Of a stretch of 64,000 nucleotides of DNA, positions 50,489-60,442 are shown piece by piece. Numbering within the stretch: the stretch's first letter is position 1; every line of letters starts with the position of its first letter. The position numbers and the translations under genes are program-made. The stretch is from Trueperaceae bacterium (lineage in GTDB: Bacteria > Deinococcota > Deinococci > Deinococcales > Trueperaceae): assembly GCA_965213925.1 (NCBI GenBank), contig OZ243927.1:2432001-2496000 (forward strand). The letters are read 5' to 3'. The notes under the pieces were generated by a model. It did not search any database. It was not told where the DNA came from and was given only the letters and a program-made list of their open reading frames with translations.

Positions 50489-51270
50489 TACGTTAAGGGC
50501 GGCACGTAGCGCCCGTCTACCGCCGTCCAGCCGCCGTCTACGAAGAGGAGCGTGCCGGTGACAAAAGACGCCGCCTCGCTCGCTAGGAAGACCACCGCGC
50601 CCACCATCTCGCTAGGTTGTGCCCAACGTCCCAACGCGCCTTTTTGCGCGTAGGCGTCGTACCATTCAGGCTGCGCCTTGATGGGCTCAGTTAGAGGCGT
50701 CTCCACCACGCCCGGCGCGATAGCGTTGACGCGCACGCCTTGGGGTCCAAGTTCGGCGGCTAAAGTCTTAACCATCTGCACGGTGCCCGCTTTCGTCGCG
50801 GCGTAGATGCTCTGCCCCGGCTCCACGACGTGCGAGCGGATGGACGAGAAGAGGATGATGCTGCCGCTTCTCTGCGCTGCCATCTTTTTCCCTGCCTCTT
50901 GCATGGCGAAGAAGCTGCCTTTGAGGTTTAAGCTCACGACTTTGTCGAAGTCGGACTCGGTGACCTCGAGCAGCCTCTTCCTCACGTTCACCGAAGGCGT
51001 ACAGATGAGCACGTCTAGTGTGTTAAATTCAGTGAAGAGGTCTCGGACGCTGCTTTGCTCGGTGAGGTTGACGGAGAACGCTTTCGCTTCGCCACCCGCG
51101 TCATGAATCTTCTCCGCTGTACTTCTTGCTTTCTCCTCATCAAGGTCAGCACAAATAATCTCCGCGCCGAACGCCCCCAACCCTTGCGCCGCCGCCGCGC
51201 CGATGCCCGAGCCCGCGCCGATGACGAGCGCACGCTTGCCGCTCAAGTCGAAGAGGTCCGCGTAGTTCAC
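50488..51270 (-). CDS. SDR-family oxidoreductase
   Basis: GAGSGIG, YAATK, VRVNAIAPG, VDGGW; GTG start at 51270 overlapping the upstream stop. Confidence 0.9.
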   Translation of the reverse strand: MNYADLFDLSGKRALVIGAGSGIGAAAAQGLGAFGAEIICADLDEEKARSTAEKIHDAGGEAKAFSVNLTEQSSVRDLFTEFNTLDVLICTPSVNVRKRLLEVTESDFDKVVSLNLKGSFFAMQEAGKKMAAQRSGSIILFSSIRSHVVEPGQSIYAATKAGTVQMVKTLAAELGPQGVRVNAIAPGVVETPLTEPIKAQPEWYDAYAQKGALGRWAQPSEMVGAVVFLASEAASFVTGTLLFVDGGWTAVDGRYVPPLT

Positions 51271-53093
51271 CCCGCGTACTTGTCCACCAACGCTTCGTAC
51301 TGCGCCACGCGCGCCTCGGCAAGCTGCAAGCTGCCCCGCCAAAAGTCTGCGCTTTCGATGTCGATGCCGAAGCCCTTAGCTAAGGGCGCGGCGTCCGCCA
51401 TGCCGGTGCTCGCCAAGAGTTCGTTATAGCGCGCGTGCCAGTTAGAGGGGTTGTCTCTGTACTGCGCGTAGAGCCCTAAACCGAAGAGGTAGCCGAAGGT
51501 ATAGGGGAAGTTATAGAAGCTCAGCCCGGTGCTGTAGTAGTGCCCTTTGTTCGCCCAAGCGAGCGGGTGGCGGGCGTTTTCGGCTAAGGCGTCGCCGTAG
51601 GTCGCGGCTTGCGCGTCCAGCATGATGCCTTTGAATTCATCAATGGAAAGCTCGCGCTCTTTGCGTTTCTCAAAGACGGTGCTCTCGAAGAGGAACCTCG
51701 AGTGAATATCGACGACGAGACCCACCGCGCCCAAGAGGTCTTGCTCTAAGATCGCCAGCGTTTGCGCCTCGTCCGCCCCTTCCAACATCGCGTTGGTGAC
51801 GATCGTCTCGCAGAAGATGCTGGCGGTTTCCGCTAGCGTCATCGGCATCCCGAACTGCATGGCGGTGCGCCGGTGCGCGTAAAGCTGCTCGTTGTGGTAG
51901 GCGTGACCGAGTTCGTGGGCGAGCGTGAAGATGTCGTCGAGCTGCGCGCCAAAATTTAGCATGATGCGCGACTCTTGGGGACCTAAAATCGGCATACAGA
52001 AGCCGCCGTTGCGCTTGCCTTTGCGCGGCGGCACGTCGATCCAACCTTCATCAAAGGTTCGGCGGGCGAAGCTGGCGAGCTCGCCGCTGTAACGCCCGAA
52101 GTTCTCCTCAACGAAGGTTTGCGCCTCGTTCCAGGTATAGGTGCGCGGCTCGCCGATGCTCACGGGCGCTTTGAGGTCATACCAGGCGAGGGCGTCCTTG
52201 CCTAAAAATTTGGCTTTAGCTTTGAGGTAGCGCCGAAAGGTGGGGAAAGACGCTTCGCAGGCGCGTTGCATCGCCGCTAAGCTCTCGCGCGAAATCGCAT
52301 TCTGAAAGAGCGCCACGTCCAACGCGCTCGCCCAGCCGCGCCGCTCGCTGAGCGCGTTGACGTGCCCTTTAATCGCGTTCATCGCCGCCGCGAACGAGAC
52401 CGTGTCGCGCTCCAAAAGCTCTAGCTCGGCTTCGTACGCGGCGCGGCGCAGCTCGGGGTCCGGCTCGGCTTGCAAGATTTTGAGTTCGCTGAGCGGGTAC
52501 TCCGCTTCGTCTCGTCCGGGCAGCGTTTTCGTGATGGTGTGGCGGCTGATGAGGTCGTTATGGAGCTTGCCCCACGCGCCGCCGCTCGTGGGTTCTAACG
52601 CTGACACGAGCGCCTCCACCTCGTCGCCCATGAGGTGTTTCGCCTCGAGCTGGCTCTGACGAATGGCGTGCGCGTGCGCCTGCGCGAGTTCTGAGGCGCG
52701 GATGAGCGCGTCGGCGTCGAAGGAACCGAGCCACGCGGTGAAGCGCTTTTCCAGAGCGCCCAACTTACTGCCCAGCGGCTTGAACGCCGAGGACTCCGCC
52801 TGGGCACGGTCATTGAAGGCGTCTGTAGAGGTGAAGCCGCTGAGGTAAGTGAGCACCGTATAGAACTGCGTGTAGAGGTCGTTCACTTGCGCGATGAGTT
52901 CGTCTAGGACGACTCTGGTCTCGTCATCGACCTGCGCGTCCTCGAGCGAACGCACCCCGTGCTCGTCCATGAAGTTCTCCAACGCCTCGAGCTTATTCTT
53001 GACTTCCGCTTTGGCGTTGGCGTATTCGGGGCTGTCCAGTTCGGGAAAGATGGACTCTAACTGCCAGTGGGGGAGGGATTGTGTTTGCGCCAT
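51267..53093 (-). CDS. pepF: M3-family oligoendopeptidase F
   Basis: GKRNGGFC, TLAHELGHAYH, LAETASIFCE, FYNFPYTFG. Confidence 0.9.
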   Translation of the reverse strand: MAQTQSLPHWQLESIFPELDSPEYANAKAEVKNKLEALENFMDEHGVRSLEDAQVDDETRVVLDELIAQVNDLYTQFYTVLTYLSGFTSTDAFNDRAQAESSAFKPLGSKLGALEKRFTAWLGSFDADALIRASELAQAHAHAIRQSQLEAKHLMGDEVEALVSALEPTSGGAWGKLHNDLISRHTITKTLPGRDEAEYPLSELKILQAEPDPELRRAAYEAELELLERDTVSFAAAMNAIKGHVNALSERRGWASALDVALFQNAISRESLAAMQRACEASFPTFRRYLKAKAKFLGKDALAWYDLKAPVSIGEPRTYTWNEAQTFVEENFGRYSGELASFARRTFDEGWIDVPPRKGKRNGGFCMPILGPQESRIMLNFGAQLDDIFTLAHELGHAYHNEQLYAHRRTAMQFGMPMTLAETASIFCETIVTNAMLEGADEAQTLAILEQDLLGAVGLVVDIHSRFLFESTVFEKRKERELSIDEFKGIMLDAQAATYGDALAENARHPLAWANKGHYYSTGLSFYNFPYTFGYLFGLGLYAQYRDNPSNWHARYNELLASTGMADAAPLAKGFGIDIESADFWRGSLQLAEARVAQYEALVDKYAG

Positions 53094-53240
53094 AGGGTAC
53101 TCTACTACGCAGTTCTTTAAGACGCTCCGTTGTTTCAGGAGACGAAATTGCTAACGGGTAAAGGAGGCTCGAGGAAGGGGTAAGAAGAAAGGGGTGAGAA
53201 AAACTTCTGCGTTCTTGCTTCTTGCTTCCTACTTCTGCCC

Positions 53241-54083
53241 TTACACCAACCCTTGCGAGCGCAGCCAGAAAAAGAGCAGCGCTGCGCCGAGCACGTAGAG
53301 CGCGTAGCGCAAGCCGCGCCTGCTCGGGCGTCCTATACGTTCGTTCAGGCTCGAGAGCGTCCCCCGCGCCTCTTCCGCGTCCTGGCGGCGCTGCGCCTTC
53401 TGCGCGCGGCGAATCGAGCGGACGCTCCTGTCGATCTGCCCTTTGCGGCGGTACGCCACGCCTAAGTTATGGTGCGCGTTGGCGAAGCTTTCGTCTAGGC
53501 GCAGCGCCGCTTCGTAGGCGGTGATGGCGTCGTCCACGCGGTTTTCTTCCAAAGCGATATTGCCTAAGTTCGTCATCGCGCGGTAGTGCTTGGGGTCGTG
53601 CGCCAGCGCCTCTTCGAAAGAGACTTTAGCCTGCGCCAACTCGTTCATGAAGATATGCGCCGTGCCGCGCTGCGTTTCCACCTCGGCGCGTAGAAGGGGG
53701 GAGGTGACCTCTGCTAAACGCGCTAAAGCAGCGTCAGGGTCGTGCTGATCCAAACGTTTGCTCGAGCCCTCGAGCCCCGCTAAATCCTCCCTCAGCGCCG
53801 CCCAGTCCACGTGTTCGGCGACGCTCCGGGGCGGCGTCTCGAGGCGCGTCACGGCGCGTTTTGCTTTCGTCCATCCCTTAGCGCGCACGTGATAGCGCAC
53901 GTCGCTGAGCGCCCTAAGCGCGTCTAAAACCGCGTCGTCGAAGGGGTCCGCGTCTTGCTGGTAGCGGTGCAGCGCGCCCGCGCTGTCGCCCGTCTCGAGA
54001 AAAGCCTGCCAGGAGCGTTCGCTTACGGTCGGTTTGACCTGAACATCTGCTCGGTTATCTGCTTGGGTATCTGATCTTTCCAT
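53241..54083 (-). CDS. TPR-repeat protein with a C-terminal TM
   Basis: three TPR repeats (AMTNLGN, AHHNLGVAY) and a hydrophobic C-terminus. Confidence 0.85.
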   Translation of the reverse strand: MERSDTQADNRADVQVKPTVSERSWQAFLETGDSAGALHRYQQDADPFDDAVLDALRALSDVRYHVRAKGWTKAKRAVTRLETPPRSVAEHVDWAALREDLAGLEGSSKRLDQHDPDAALARLAEVTSPLLRAEVETQRGTAHIFMNELAQAKVSFEEALAHDPKHYRAMTNLGNIALEENRVDDAITAYEAALRLDESFANAHHNLGVAYRRKGQIDRSVRSIRRAQKAQRRQDAEEARGTLSSLNERIGRPSRRGLRYALYVLGAALLFFWLRSQGLV

Positions 54084-54352
54084 CAGGTCCAGTATAGTGA
54101 GAAAAACCTCTTCGGCGCGTCCGCTACTCTTTACTCACCGACACTTCACCTCTTTAAGGTCATTCTTAGAGTTAGCTAGCCTAATCTGGTCTTACCCGAA
54201 GCTAGCGCGTTCGTCTTGACGTGGTCTCGAGCGGGCCCTCGGTAGGAGAGTAAAGCGGCGGATTCTCGCGCGCGAAAAGCGTATTGATTTACGTGCCTTC
54301 GCGCGGTGCGGGCGTATAATCGGTATCGTATGGTGGTACCCATGGAGGAACT

Positions 54353-55705
54353 ATGAAACGTAGATGGCTAACCCTTATGCTCGCGGCGCTGAGCATCTCA
54401 GTTTTGGTGAGCGCGCAATTTTCCAGGGATTTTTCCGAAGACTTCTTGGAAAATTCGGCGGGTCGCGCGTTTTTGCAGGCGTACGGCGCGATCAAGTCGA
54501 ACTACCTCAACGATGTCGAGGACGAAGCGCTCATCCAAGGCGCGATCGAGGGGATGTTGGAGTCACTCGAAGACCCCTACACGAGCTACGCCACGCCCGA
54601 CCAAGCCGCCAGAGAGGTTCAAGACCGTAGTGGCTCGTTCCAGGGCATCGGCGCGGTGCTCCAGCCGCGTAACCGCGCGGACAACACCGTGGTCGAGATC
54701 GTCAACGTCTATCGGGGCGGTCCCGCCTCGCAAGCGGGCGTGCTGCGCGGCGACGTGTTCGTCACCGTAGACGGCACCAACGTCGAGGACTTCACCACCG
54801 ACGAGATCGTCGACTTGGTGCGCGGACCCGCCGGCACGGGAGTGTCCATCGGTTTCCGCCGCGCCGGGGAAGAGGAGCCCGTCGTCCTCGACATGGTGCG
54901 GGGCAAGATCGACATCATCAGCGTCGAGTCGACGGTGCTGCCCGAGAACGTCGGCTACGTCAGCATCAACACGTTTGCTAACCAGCGCGTGTACGACCAG
55001 CTCGCCGACCAGCTCGACGCGCTCCGAACGCAGGGCATCACCTCGCTGGTGCTCGATTTGCGCAACAACGGCGGCGGTCTTTTGGACCAAGGTATCCGCG
55101 TCGCGGACGAGTTCTTGAGCGAAGGCGATATCGTTTACCAGCGCGCGCGCGGCGTCACCCAGCGCCTCGCCACAGCCGACCCCGAGTTCTTCGACCTGCC
55201 GATGGTGGTTTTAGTCAACGGTAACTCCGCCTCGGCATCTGAAATCGTCGCGGGTGCGCTCCAGGACAACGGACGGGCGCAGGTCATCGGCGAAGAGACC
55301 TTCGGCAAAGGCGTCGGACAGAGCGTCGTGTCCTTGACGGACGGCGGGCAGCTCGTCTACAAGTCGTTCGAGTGGCTCACGCCCGACAGACGCTCCATCG
55401 ACCAGCAAGGCATCGAACCCGACATCCGCGCCGAGGATACCCGCATTCCCAACGTCATCACGTTAGAAGGTCAGGGCGCTGAGCCCGGTCAAGAGGTCGA
55501 AATCTCGGTCGGCGGCGAAGTCATCGGCTCAGCGCAAGCGGACGAAGACGGCGCGTTTACCTTTTTCCAGCCCGTCGCGCGCCCAGAAATGAGCGACGTA
55601 CAAGGGGAAGCGCTCGTCAATTTAGACGGCGACAACGCGCTGCAAATCGCTTACGATACGGTGCTAGAAGTGGCGGCGCAGGCGCAGAGCGTAACGTCTC
55701 AGTAA
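54353..55705 (+). CDS. ctpA: S41A carboxy-terminal processing protease
   Basis: GAIEGML..L.DPY, PDZ (GIG), LDLRNNGGG, SASASEI, TFGKG. Confidence 0.92.
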   Translation: MKRRWLTLMLAALSISVLVSAQFSRDFSEDFLENSAGRAFLQAYGAIKSNYLNDVEDEALIQGAIEGMLESLEDPYTSYATPDQAAREVQDRSGSFQGIGAVLQPRNRADNTVVEIVNVYRGGPASQAGVLRGDVFVTVDGTNVEDFTTDEIVDLVRGPAGTGVSIGFRRAGEEEPVVLDMVRGKIDIISVESTVLPENVGYVSINTFANQRVYDQLADQLDALRTQGITSLVLDLRNNGGGLLDQGIRVADEFLSEGDIVYQRARGVTQRLATADPEFFDLPMVVLVNGNSASASEIVAGALQDNGRAQVIGEETFGKGVGQSVVSLTDGGQLVYKSFEWLTPDRRSIDQQGIEPDIRAEDTRIPNVITLEGQGAEPGQEVEISVGGEVIGSAQADEDGAFTFFQPVARPEMSDVQGEALVNLDGDNALQIAYDTVLEVAAQAQSVTSQ

Positions 55706-55724
55706 GAAATAAGTCGCAAAAACT

Positions 55725-55754
55725 TTAGACCTCTCGCTTTCGCGGGAGGTCTAA
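55725..55754 (+). terminator. stem-loop after ctpA
   Basis: ttagacctctcgc-tttc-gcgggaggtctaa. Confidence 0.6.
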
Positions 55755-55759
55755 TTCAT

Positions 55760-56200
55760 GCACTGTCAGCTAGATTCTACTAAGTACAACGTTAAGAAAG
55801 AAATGAGTGATGTCATTCTGAGCCCTACAGCGAGCTATAGGATAGACTCCACAAAGCGGAGTCGAAGAATCTCTGCATTTGCTTTCTCCTCTGACAGAGA
55901 AGGAAAGTTACAGAGTTTTGGCATAGCCAACCGAGACCCTCACGCCTTCGCCAGACTTCGTCGTACTGCGTGAACAGGGTGACATGTTAATAAGTAGCAA
56001 TACTTCGTTTACAGTGTACTAAGTACCAGAATTAGCTTTAATGACTCCTTGACGTAAGTAACGCCCCTCCGTAGGGGTGGGTTTCAAACCCGCCCCTACC
56101 ACGCCGAAACGTTCTCTATCATCCCTAAGCAGCACCGAGATTCGTTGAGAGCTTCTGTTTGACGCAAGTACGCACAAGTACTTGCGTCAATTTTTTACTT
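55760..56200. repeat. cluster of REP/MITE-like palindromes
   Basis: gtcattctgag..cgaagaatct..cagggtgac element; tactaagtac at 55778 and 56017; GTAG REP at 56071-56099; ttgacgcaagtac..gtacttgcgtcaa at 56159-56190. Confidence 0.6.
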
Positions 56201-56210
56201 GTTACCCCGT

Positions 56211-56252
56211 GTACGAGCGGCGGCGAGTCCGTCAACGCCGCCGCTCGCGTAC
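56211..56252 (-). terminator. GC-rich hairpin downstream of the betaine SBP gene
   Basis: gtacgagcggcggcg..cgccgccgctcgcgtac. Confidence 0.5.
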
Positions 56253-56259
56253 AGAAGTG

Positions 56260-57189
56260 TTACTGCAAAAAGCCGTTTTCCTCTAAGTAGCTCTGCGCGA
56301 CCGCTTGGGGGTTTTCACCGTCTACCGCGACGCGGGCGTTTAGCTCCTGCATCGTCTCGTCGTTCAGCGAGTTGAAAATGGGGTTGATGATGTCGGGGAT
56401 GTTCGCGTAAGTCTCGAGCACGCCGCACTGAAAGACGGGCGTCGGTTGAAAGACCGGTTGCGCCCCTTCGGGGTCCTCTAACACGCGGAAGTTATACGCC
56501 ATAAGCGCGCCGTCGGTCGCAAACGCCATCGCCACGTTGACGTTGTTGGCACCTTCGGCTAAAGCTTGCTCAGTCTGCGCCGGCGTGCCGCCAGCGATAA
56601 TCAAGAGTTCGTCTTCGGTGAGGTCGAAGCCGTAGGTGTTCTCGAACGCCAGGAGACCATCTTCGCGCTGCGCGAACTCGTCACCGACCGCCATCATCAC
56701 CTGCCCGTCATTACTGACATACTCGGCAAAGTCGCTCATAGACGTTAAGCTATTCTCCTCGGCAAATTCCTGCGTGACCGCAAAAGCGTAGGTGTTATTC
56801 GCGGGCGCGGGTTGGAGCCAGCAGAGGTTGTTGTTCTCCTGGTCGAATTCGCTCACAAGCTGGTACGACTGATCAGCGTCGGTCGAGGCACCTTCGGGCA
56901 CGTCGACGCCTGCGTTGGCGAGAAAGTTAGAGAGGGCGGTGCCGGTATACTCCGGGTAAACGTCGATTTCACCGTTGACCAGAGCGGCGCGGTTCACGTC
57001 CGTCGAGCCTAAAGGCGTCTGGTCGGAGGTGGGGATGCCCGCGTTCTCCAGAGCGGTAAGGATGAGTTTGGCGAGCACGATGCTCTCGGTGAACTGTTTG
57101 GAGCCGACGCGCACCGGGTCTTGAGCGAACGCGAGACCGCTAGCGAGCAGCAAAGACGAGGTCGCGAGGGCGATGAGTAGCTTTTTCAT
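56260..57189 (-). CDS. glycine betaine/osmoprotectant ABC substrate-binding protein (OsmF-like)
   Basis: VGSKQFTE, GEIDVYPEYTGT, PANNTYA, EFAQREDG, MQELNARV. Confidence 0.9.
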   Translation of the reverse strand: MKKLLIALATSSLLLASGLAFAQDPVRVGSKQFTESIVLAKLILTALENAGIPTSDQTPLGSTDVNRAALVNGEIDVYPEYTGTALSNFLANAGVDVPEGASTDADQSYQLVSEFDQENNNLCWLQPAPANNTYAFAVTQEFAEENSLTSMSDFAEYVSNDGQVMMAVGDEFAQREDGLLAFENTYGFDLTEDELLIIAGGTPAQTEQALAEGANNVNVAMAFATDGALMAYNFRVLEDPEGAQPVFQPTPVFQCGVLETYANIPDIINPIFNSLNDETMQELNARVAVDGENPQAVAQSYLEENGFLQ

Positions 57190-57382
57190 TGTTGCCTCCT
57201 AGGGGACCAGTATAGCGTATCCCGCTCCCGACCTCTCAACTCGGATGCGGGTAGACCTAAAATTACGCCACAGGGCGCAACGCCGAGCCAGACGACTTCT
57301 GGGACTTCGCGACACATCGCTCTAAAGAACTGCTCCGCCGACGTCTCAAAATACGCGCGAGTGTGGTACACCTTTATCCTCT

Positions 57383-58702
57383 ATGAACCTCTTCCGCAAA
57401 CATGACCGCGCCATCTTCGCCCTGGCCTTCCCCGCCCTGGGCGCACTCGCCGCTGACCCCGTCGTTTCTTTAGTAGACACCGCCTTCGTCGGACGACTCG
57501 GCGCAGTCCCTTTAGCCGCGCTGGGCGTCAACATCTCGGTCTTCTCGCTCGCGTTTGTGGTCTTTAACTTCCTCGCTTACGGCACCACCCCGATGATCGG
57601 ACGCGCCGTCGGCAGGGGAGACCGAGCGGGGGCGGGGCGCGTGGTGACGCAAGCGTTCACGTTGGCGCTTATCGTAGGTGTGGTAGCGCTCATTCTGCTA
57701 CAAGCTTTCGCCACGCCGATTCTCGCGCTCATGGGCGCGGACGAGGCGCTGCGGGAGCCTGCGCTGGTCTATCTGCGCATCCGCGCGCTGGCGGGTCCGG
57801 CGCTGCTGCTCATCACGGCGGGCAATGGGGCGTTTCGGGGCTATCAGGATACGCGGACGCCCTTCGTGATTACGCTCTGGTTGAACCTTATCAACCTCGT
57901 GCTCGACCCCTTATTCATCTTTGGCTTCGGCTGGGGTTTGGCGGGGGCGGCGTGGGCGACGACCCTTGCGCAGTGGGTGGGGGCGTTCTGGTTCGTGTGG
58001 CTCTTGCTCGTTAAGAGGCGGGAGGAACTCCACATACCTCTTGTTCTACCCAACCTCACCGAACTCCGCCCTTTTCTGCGCATCGGCTGGGAACTCGCGG
58101 TGCGCACCTTTGCGCTCATCGGCACGCTGACCTTGGCGACGGCAGTAGCAACTCGAGTCGGTGTGTTAGAGGTCGCTGCGCACCAAGTCGCTGCGCAGCT
58201 CTGGCTCTTTTTGGCGCTCGTCGTGGACGCGCTGGCGATTGCGGCGCAAGCTTTAGTTGCAAAGTATTTGGGAGAGAACGACGCAGTTTCAGCGAGGGAG
58301 GTTTCCAACCGTTTACTCGTGTGGGGTTTAGGCGTCGGCGTGGTTCTCGGCGTCGGCTTCGCGCTGCTCGCGCCTTATCTGCCGCGCCTCTTTACAGGTG
58401 ACGAAGAGGTCGTCGCGCTCGTGCTTGCGGTTTTTCCTTTCGTCGTCTTTACGCAACCTTTGAACGCGCTCGTTTTCGTGTGGGACGGCATCTTTATGGG
58501 CGCAGAGGATTTCGCGTATCTCGCTAAAGCGATGGTCATTTCAGCGTTTGCAGCGGTAGTGGTCTTACTTCTCGTCGTGCCTCTTGGCTTAGGTTTGGCG
58601 GGCGTCTGGTGGGGCGTCGTCGCGCTCATGGGCGTGCGGGCAGTGACGTTAGCGGTGCGTTACTTCGGCGCGGGTGGGATGTTCGAAGAGGCATTAGAGT
58701 AA
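57383..58702 (+). CDS. MATE-family efflux transporter (DinF-like)
   Basis: LVDTAFVGRLG, FRGYQDTRTP, LDPLFIF..G..GAAWAT, AAHQV. Confidence 0.92.
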   Translation: MNLFRKHDRAIFALAFPALGALAADPVVSLVDTAFVGRLGAVPLAALGVNISVFSLAFVVFNFLAYGTTPMIGRAVGRGDRAGAGRVVTQAFTLALIVGVVALILLQAFATPILALMGADEALREPALVYLRIRALAGPALLLITAGNGAFRGYQDTRTPFVITLWLNLINLVLDPLFIFGFGWGLAGAAWATTLAQWVGAFWFVWLLLVKRREELHIPLVLPNLTELRPFLRIGWELAVRTFALIGTLTLATAVATRVGVLEVAAHQVAAQLWLFLALVVDALAIAAQALVAKYLGENDAVSAREVSNRLLVWGLGVGVVLGVGFALLAPYLPRLFTGDEEVVALVLAVFPFVVFTQPLNALVFVWDGIFMGAEDFAYLAKAMVISAFAAVVVLLLVVPLGLGLAGVWWGVVALMGVRAVTLAVRYFGAGGMFEEALE

Positions 58703-58706
58703 AGCT

Positions 58707-59126
58707 ATGGCAGACCTCATCACTTGTCCGAATTGCAACGCAAAAAACCGGCTCAGCACGCCACCTGAAGGGCAACTCCCCGTTTGCGGGCGGTGTGCTC
58801 AGACCTTACCCTGGCTTGTGAGCACCTCAGACGCCTCGTTTAGAGAGGCGCTGAACGCACCCGTGCCCGTGCTCGTGGATTTCTGGGCTCCCTGGTGCGG
58901 ACCGTGCCGGATGGTCGCGCCTGTTCTGGAAGACCTCTCCAAAGCGCACCGGGGTAAACTCAAAGTCGCCAAGCTCAATATCGACGAGAACCCCGTCACG
59001 CAGAGCGCGTACCGGGTGCAGAGCATTCCGACCTTGATGCTTTTCAAGGGCGGGCAACCTGTCGAGACGATGGTGGGGGCGCTGCCCAAGAGGGCGCTGG
59101 AGAGCAAGCTCGAGCCGTACCTATAA
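58707..59126 (+). CDS. trxC: thioredoxin 2 with an N-terminal zinc finger
   Basis: CPNC...CGRC plus WAPWCGPC. Confidence 0.9.
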   Translation: MADLITCPNCNAKNRLSTPPEGQLPVCGRCAQTLPWLVSTSDASFREALNAPVPVLVDFWAPWCGPCRMVAPVLEDLSKAHRGKLKVAKLNIDENPVTQSAYRVQSIPTLMLFKGGQPVETMVGALPKRALESKLEPYL

Positions 59127-59128
59127 GG

Positions 59129-59180
59129 AGCCGTTAGCGCTTAGTACACGCTTTTTAGCTAAACGCTAACGGCTAAAAGC
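59129..59180. repeat. heptamer (GCTAANN) hairpin after trxC
   Basis: agccgttagcgcttag ... gctaaac gctaacg gctaaaa; same unit as at 46430. Confidence 0.65.
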
Positions 59181-59300
59181 CCTCCACTCGAGACCGCCTC
59201 AAAAACGATATGGGGTGTTGCGGAGCGCGCATAAAAGCCAAGCACTTCACATCAAGCCTAGCCCCTTGTTCCTCCTCTTGAAATCTCGTACTCTCGAGCT

Positions 59301-60170
59301 ATGGACAGTGAACGCACCGCAGAAATCCCCCATCCTATAGAAGATGAGCGCGAAGAGAACCCCTACCTCATCCCCGATCCCAACCGCATCTACGCGAACG
59401 ACCAAAAGTGGCAGATCGCGGCGGACATGCTGGAGCGCTACACGGGCACCGCGCCTGGCGACTTTCAAAAGCAGATTATTCTGACCAACTTCGGCTACTA
59501 CATGGAACGCTTCCGCTCGCTCTGCGGCGACTCGGAGACGCACGGCTCGGCGATGAGCGTGGTGCATAGCGAGAAGATGGGCGTCTCCATCGTCAACTTT
59601 TCCATCGGCTCGCCCAACGCCGCCATCATCATCGAAACGCTGGCGACCGCCGACCCCAAAGCGGTGCTCTTCTTAGGCATTACGGGTGGGCTCCACCGTT
59701 CGCTGGAAGTCGGTGACTTTATCGTGCCGACGGCGGCGATTCGCGACGAGGGCGCGTCGAAGCACTTCATGCCGCCGCGCGTACCCGCGCTGCCGACCTT
59801 TAAGGTGCAGAAGTTCGTCTCGCAAATCATTATGGAGAAGGGCTACGACTACCGCACGGGCGTCGTGCACACTACGGACTACCGCTTTTGGGAGTTTGAC
59901 GAGAAGTTCAAAGCGGAACTTTACGAGGAGCGGGCCTTAGCGATCGATATGGAAACGGCGACGCTTTTTGTCGGCGGCTTCGCGAGCAAAGTGCCCATTG
60001 GGGCGCTTTTACTCGTCTCGGATTTGCCGCTCAAAAAGGGTGGCATCAAAACCAAAGCGTCGGCGAAAGAGGTCTTTAGCAAGTTTACCGATATCCACCT
60101 AGATATCGGCATCGAGTCGATGAGCGAGATTGCGATGCGCGGGGAGCAGATTCGGCACTACCGCTGGTAG
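59301..60170 (+). CDS. amn: AMP nucleosidase (short PNP/UDP-family type)
   Basis: LERYTG, ILTNF, IGSPNAA, AIRDEGAS, AIDMETAT, GALLLVSDLP. Confidence 0.85.
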   Translation: MDSERTAEIPHPIEDEREENPYLIPDPNRIYANDQKWQIAADMLERYTGTAPGDFQKQIILTNFGYYMERFRSLCGDSETHGSAMSVVHSEKMGVSIVNFSIGSPNAAIIIETLATADPKAVLFLGITGGLHRSLEVGDFIVPTAAIRDEGASKHFMPPRVPALPTFKVQKFVSQIIMEKGYDYRTGVVHTTDYRFWEFDEKFKAELYEERALAIDMETATLFVGGFASKVPIGALLLVSDLPLKKGGIKTKASAKEVFSKFTDIHLDIGIESMSEIAMRGEQIRHYRW

Positions 60171-60227
60171 AGGCTTTGGCGCTGGTGAGGGATTGGGCGC
60201 TGGTAAGAGATTGGGCGCTGGCGAGGC
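60162..60227 (+). repeat. 18-bp tandem repeat, about 4 units, starting inside the amn 3' end
   Basis: cgctgg at 60162, 60180, 60198 and 60216. Confidence 0.8.
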
Positions 60228-60442
60228 CTCGGTTCAAGAAAAGCGAAGCGGTTTAATGAAAGCGAATCGTAACCTGAAATGCAAAGTATCTCACATTATC
60301 CCTTTAGCCTGAGAATGAATCAAAGTCTATGGGGGTAGTTTTTTGGCGTGTAGTTCAGGGTCTAGGTAACTAGCGCCCGAGTACGTTTTGATTCAATCTA
60401 TCTTCCCCTAGCTTTGAGCCACGTTTTGAAAGGGGCAATTCT

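Noticed and set aside
54330..54356. uORF MVVPMEEL overlapping the ctpA start (ATGA)
   Set aside because: Its ATG is 9 nt from TATAAT and ctpA has its own GGAGG SD, so it is probably incidental.
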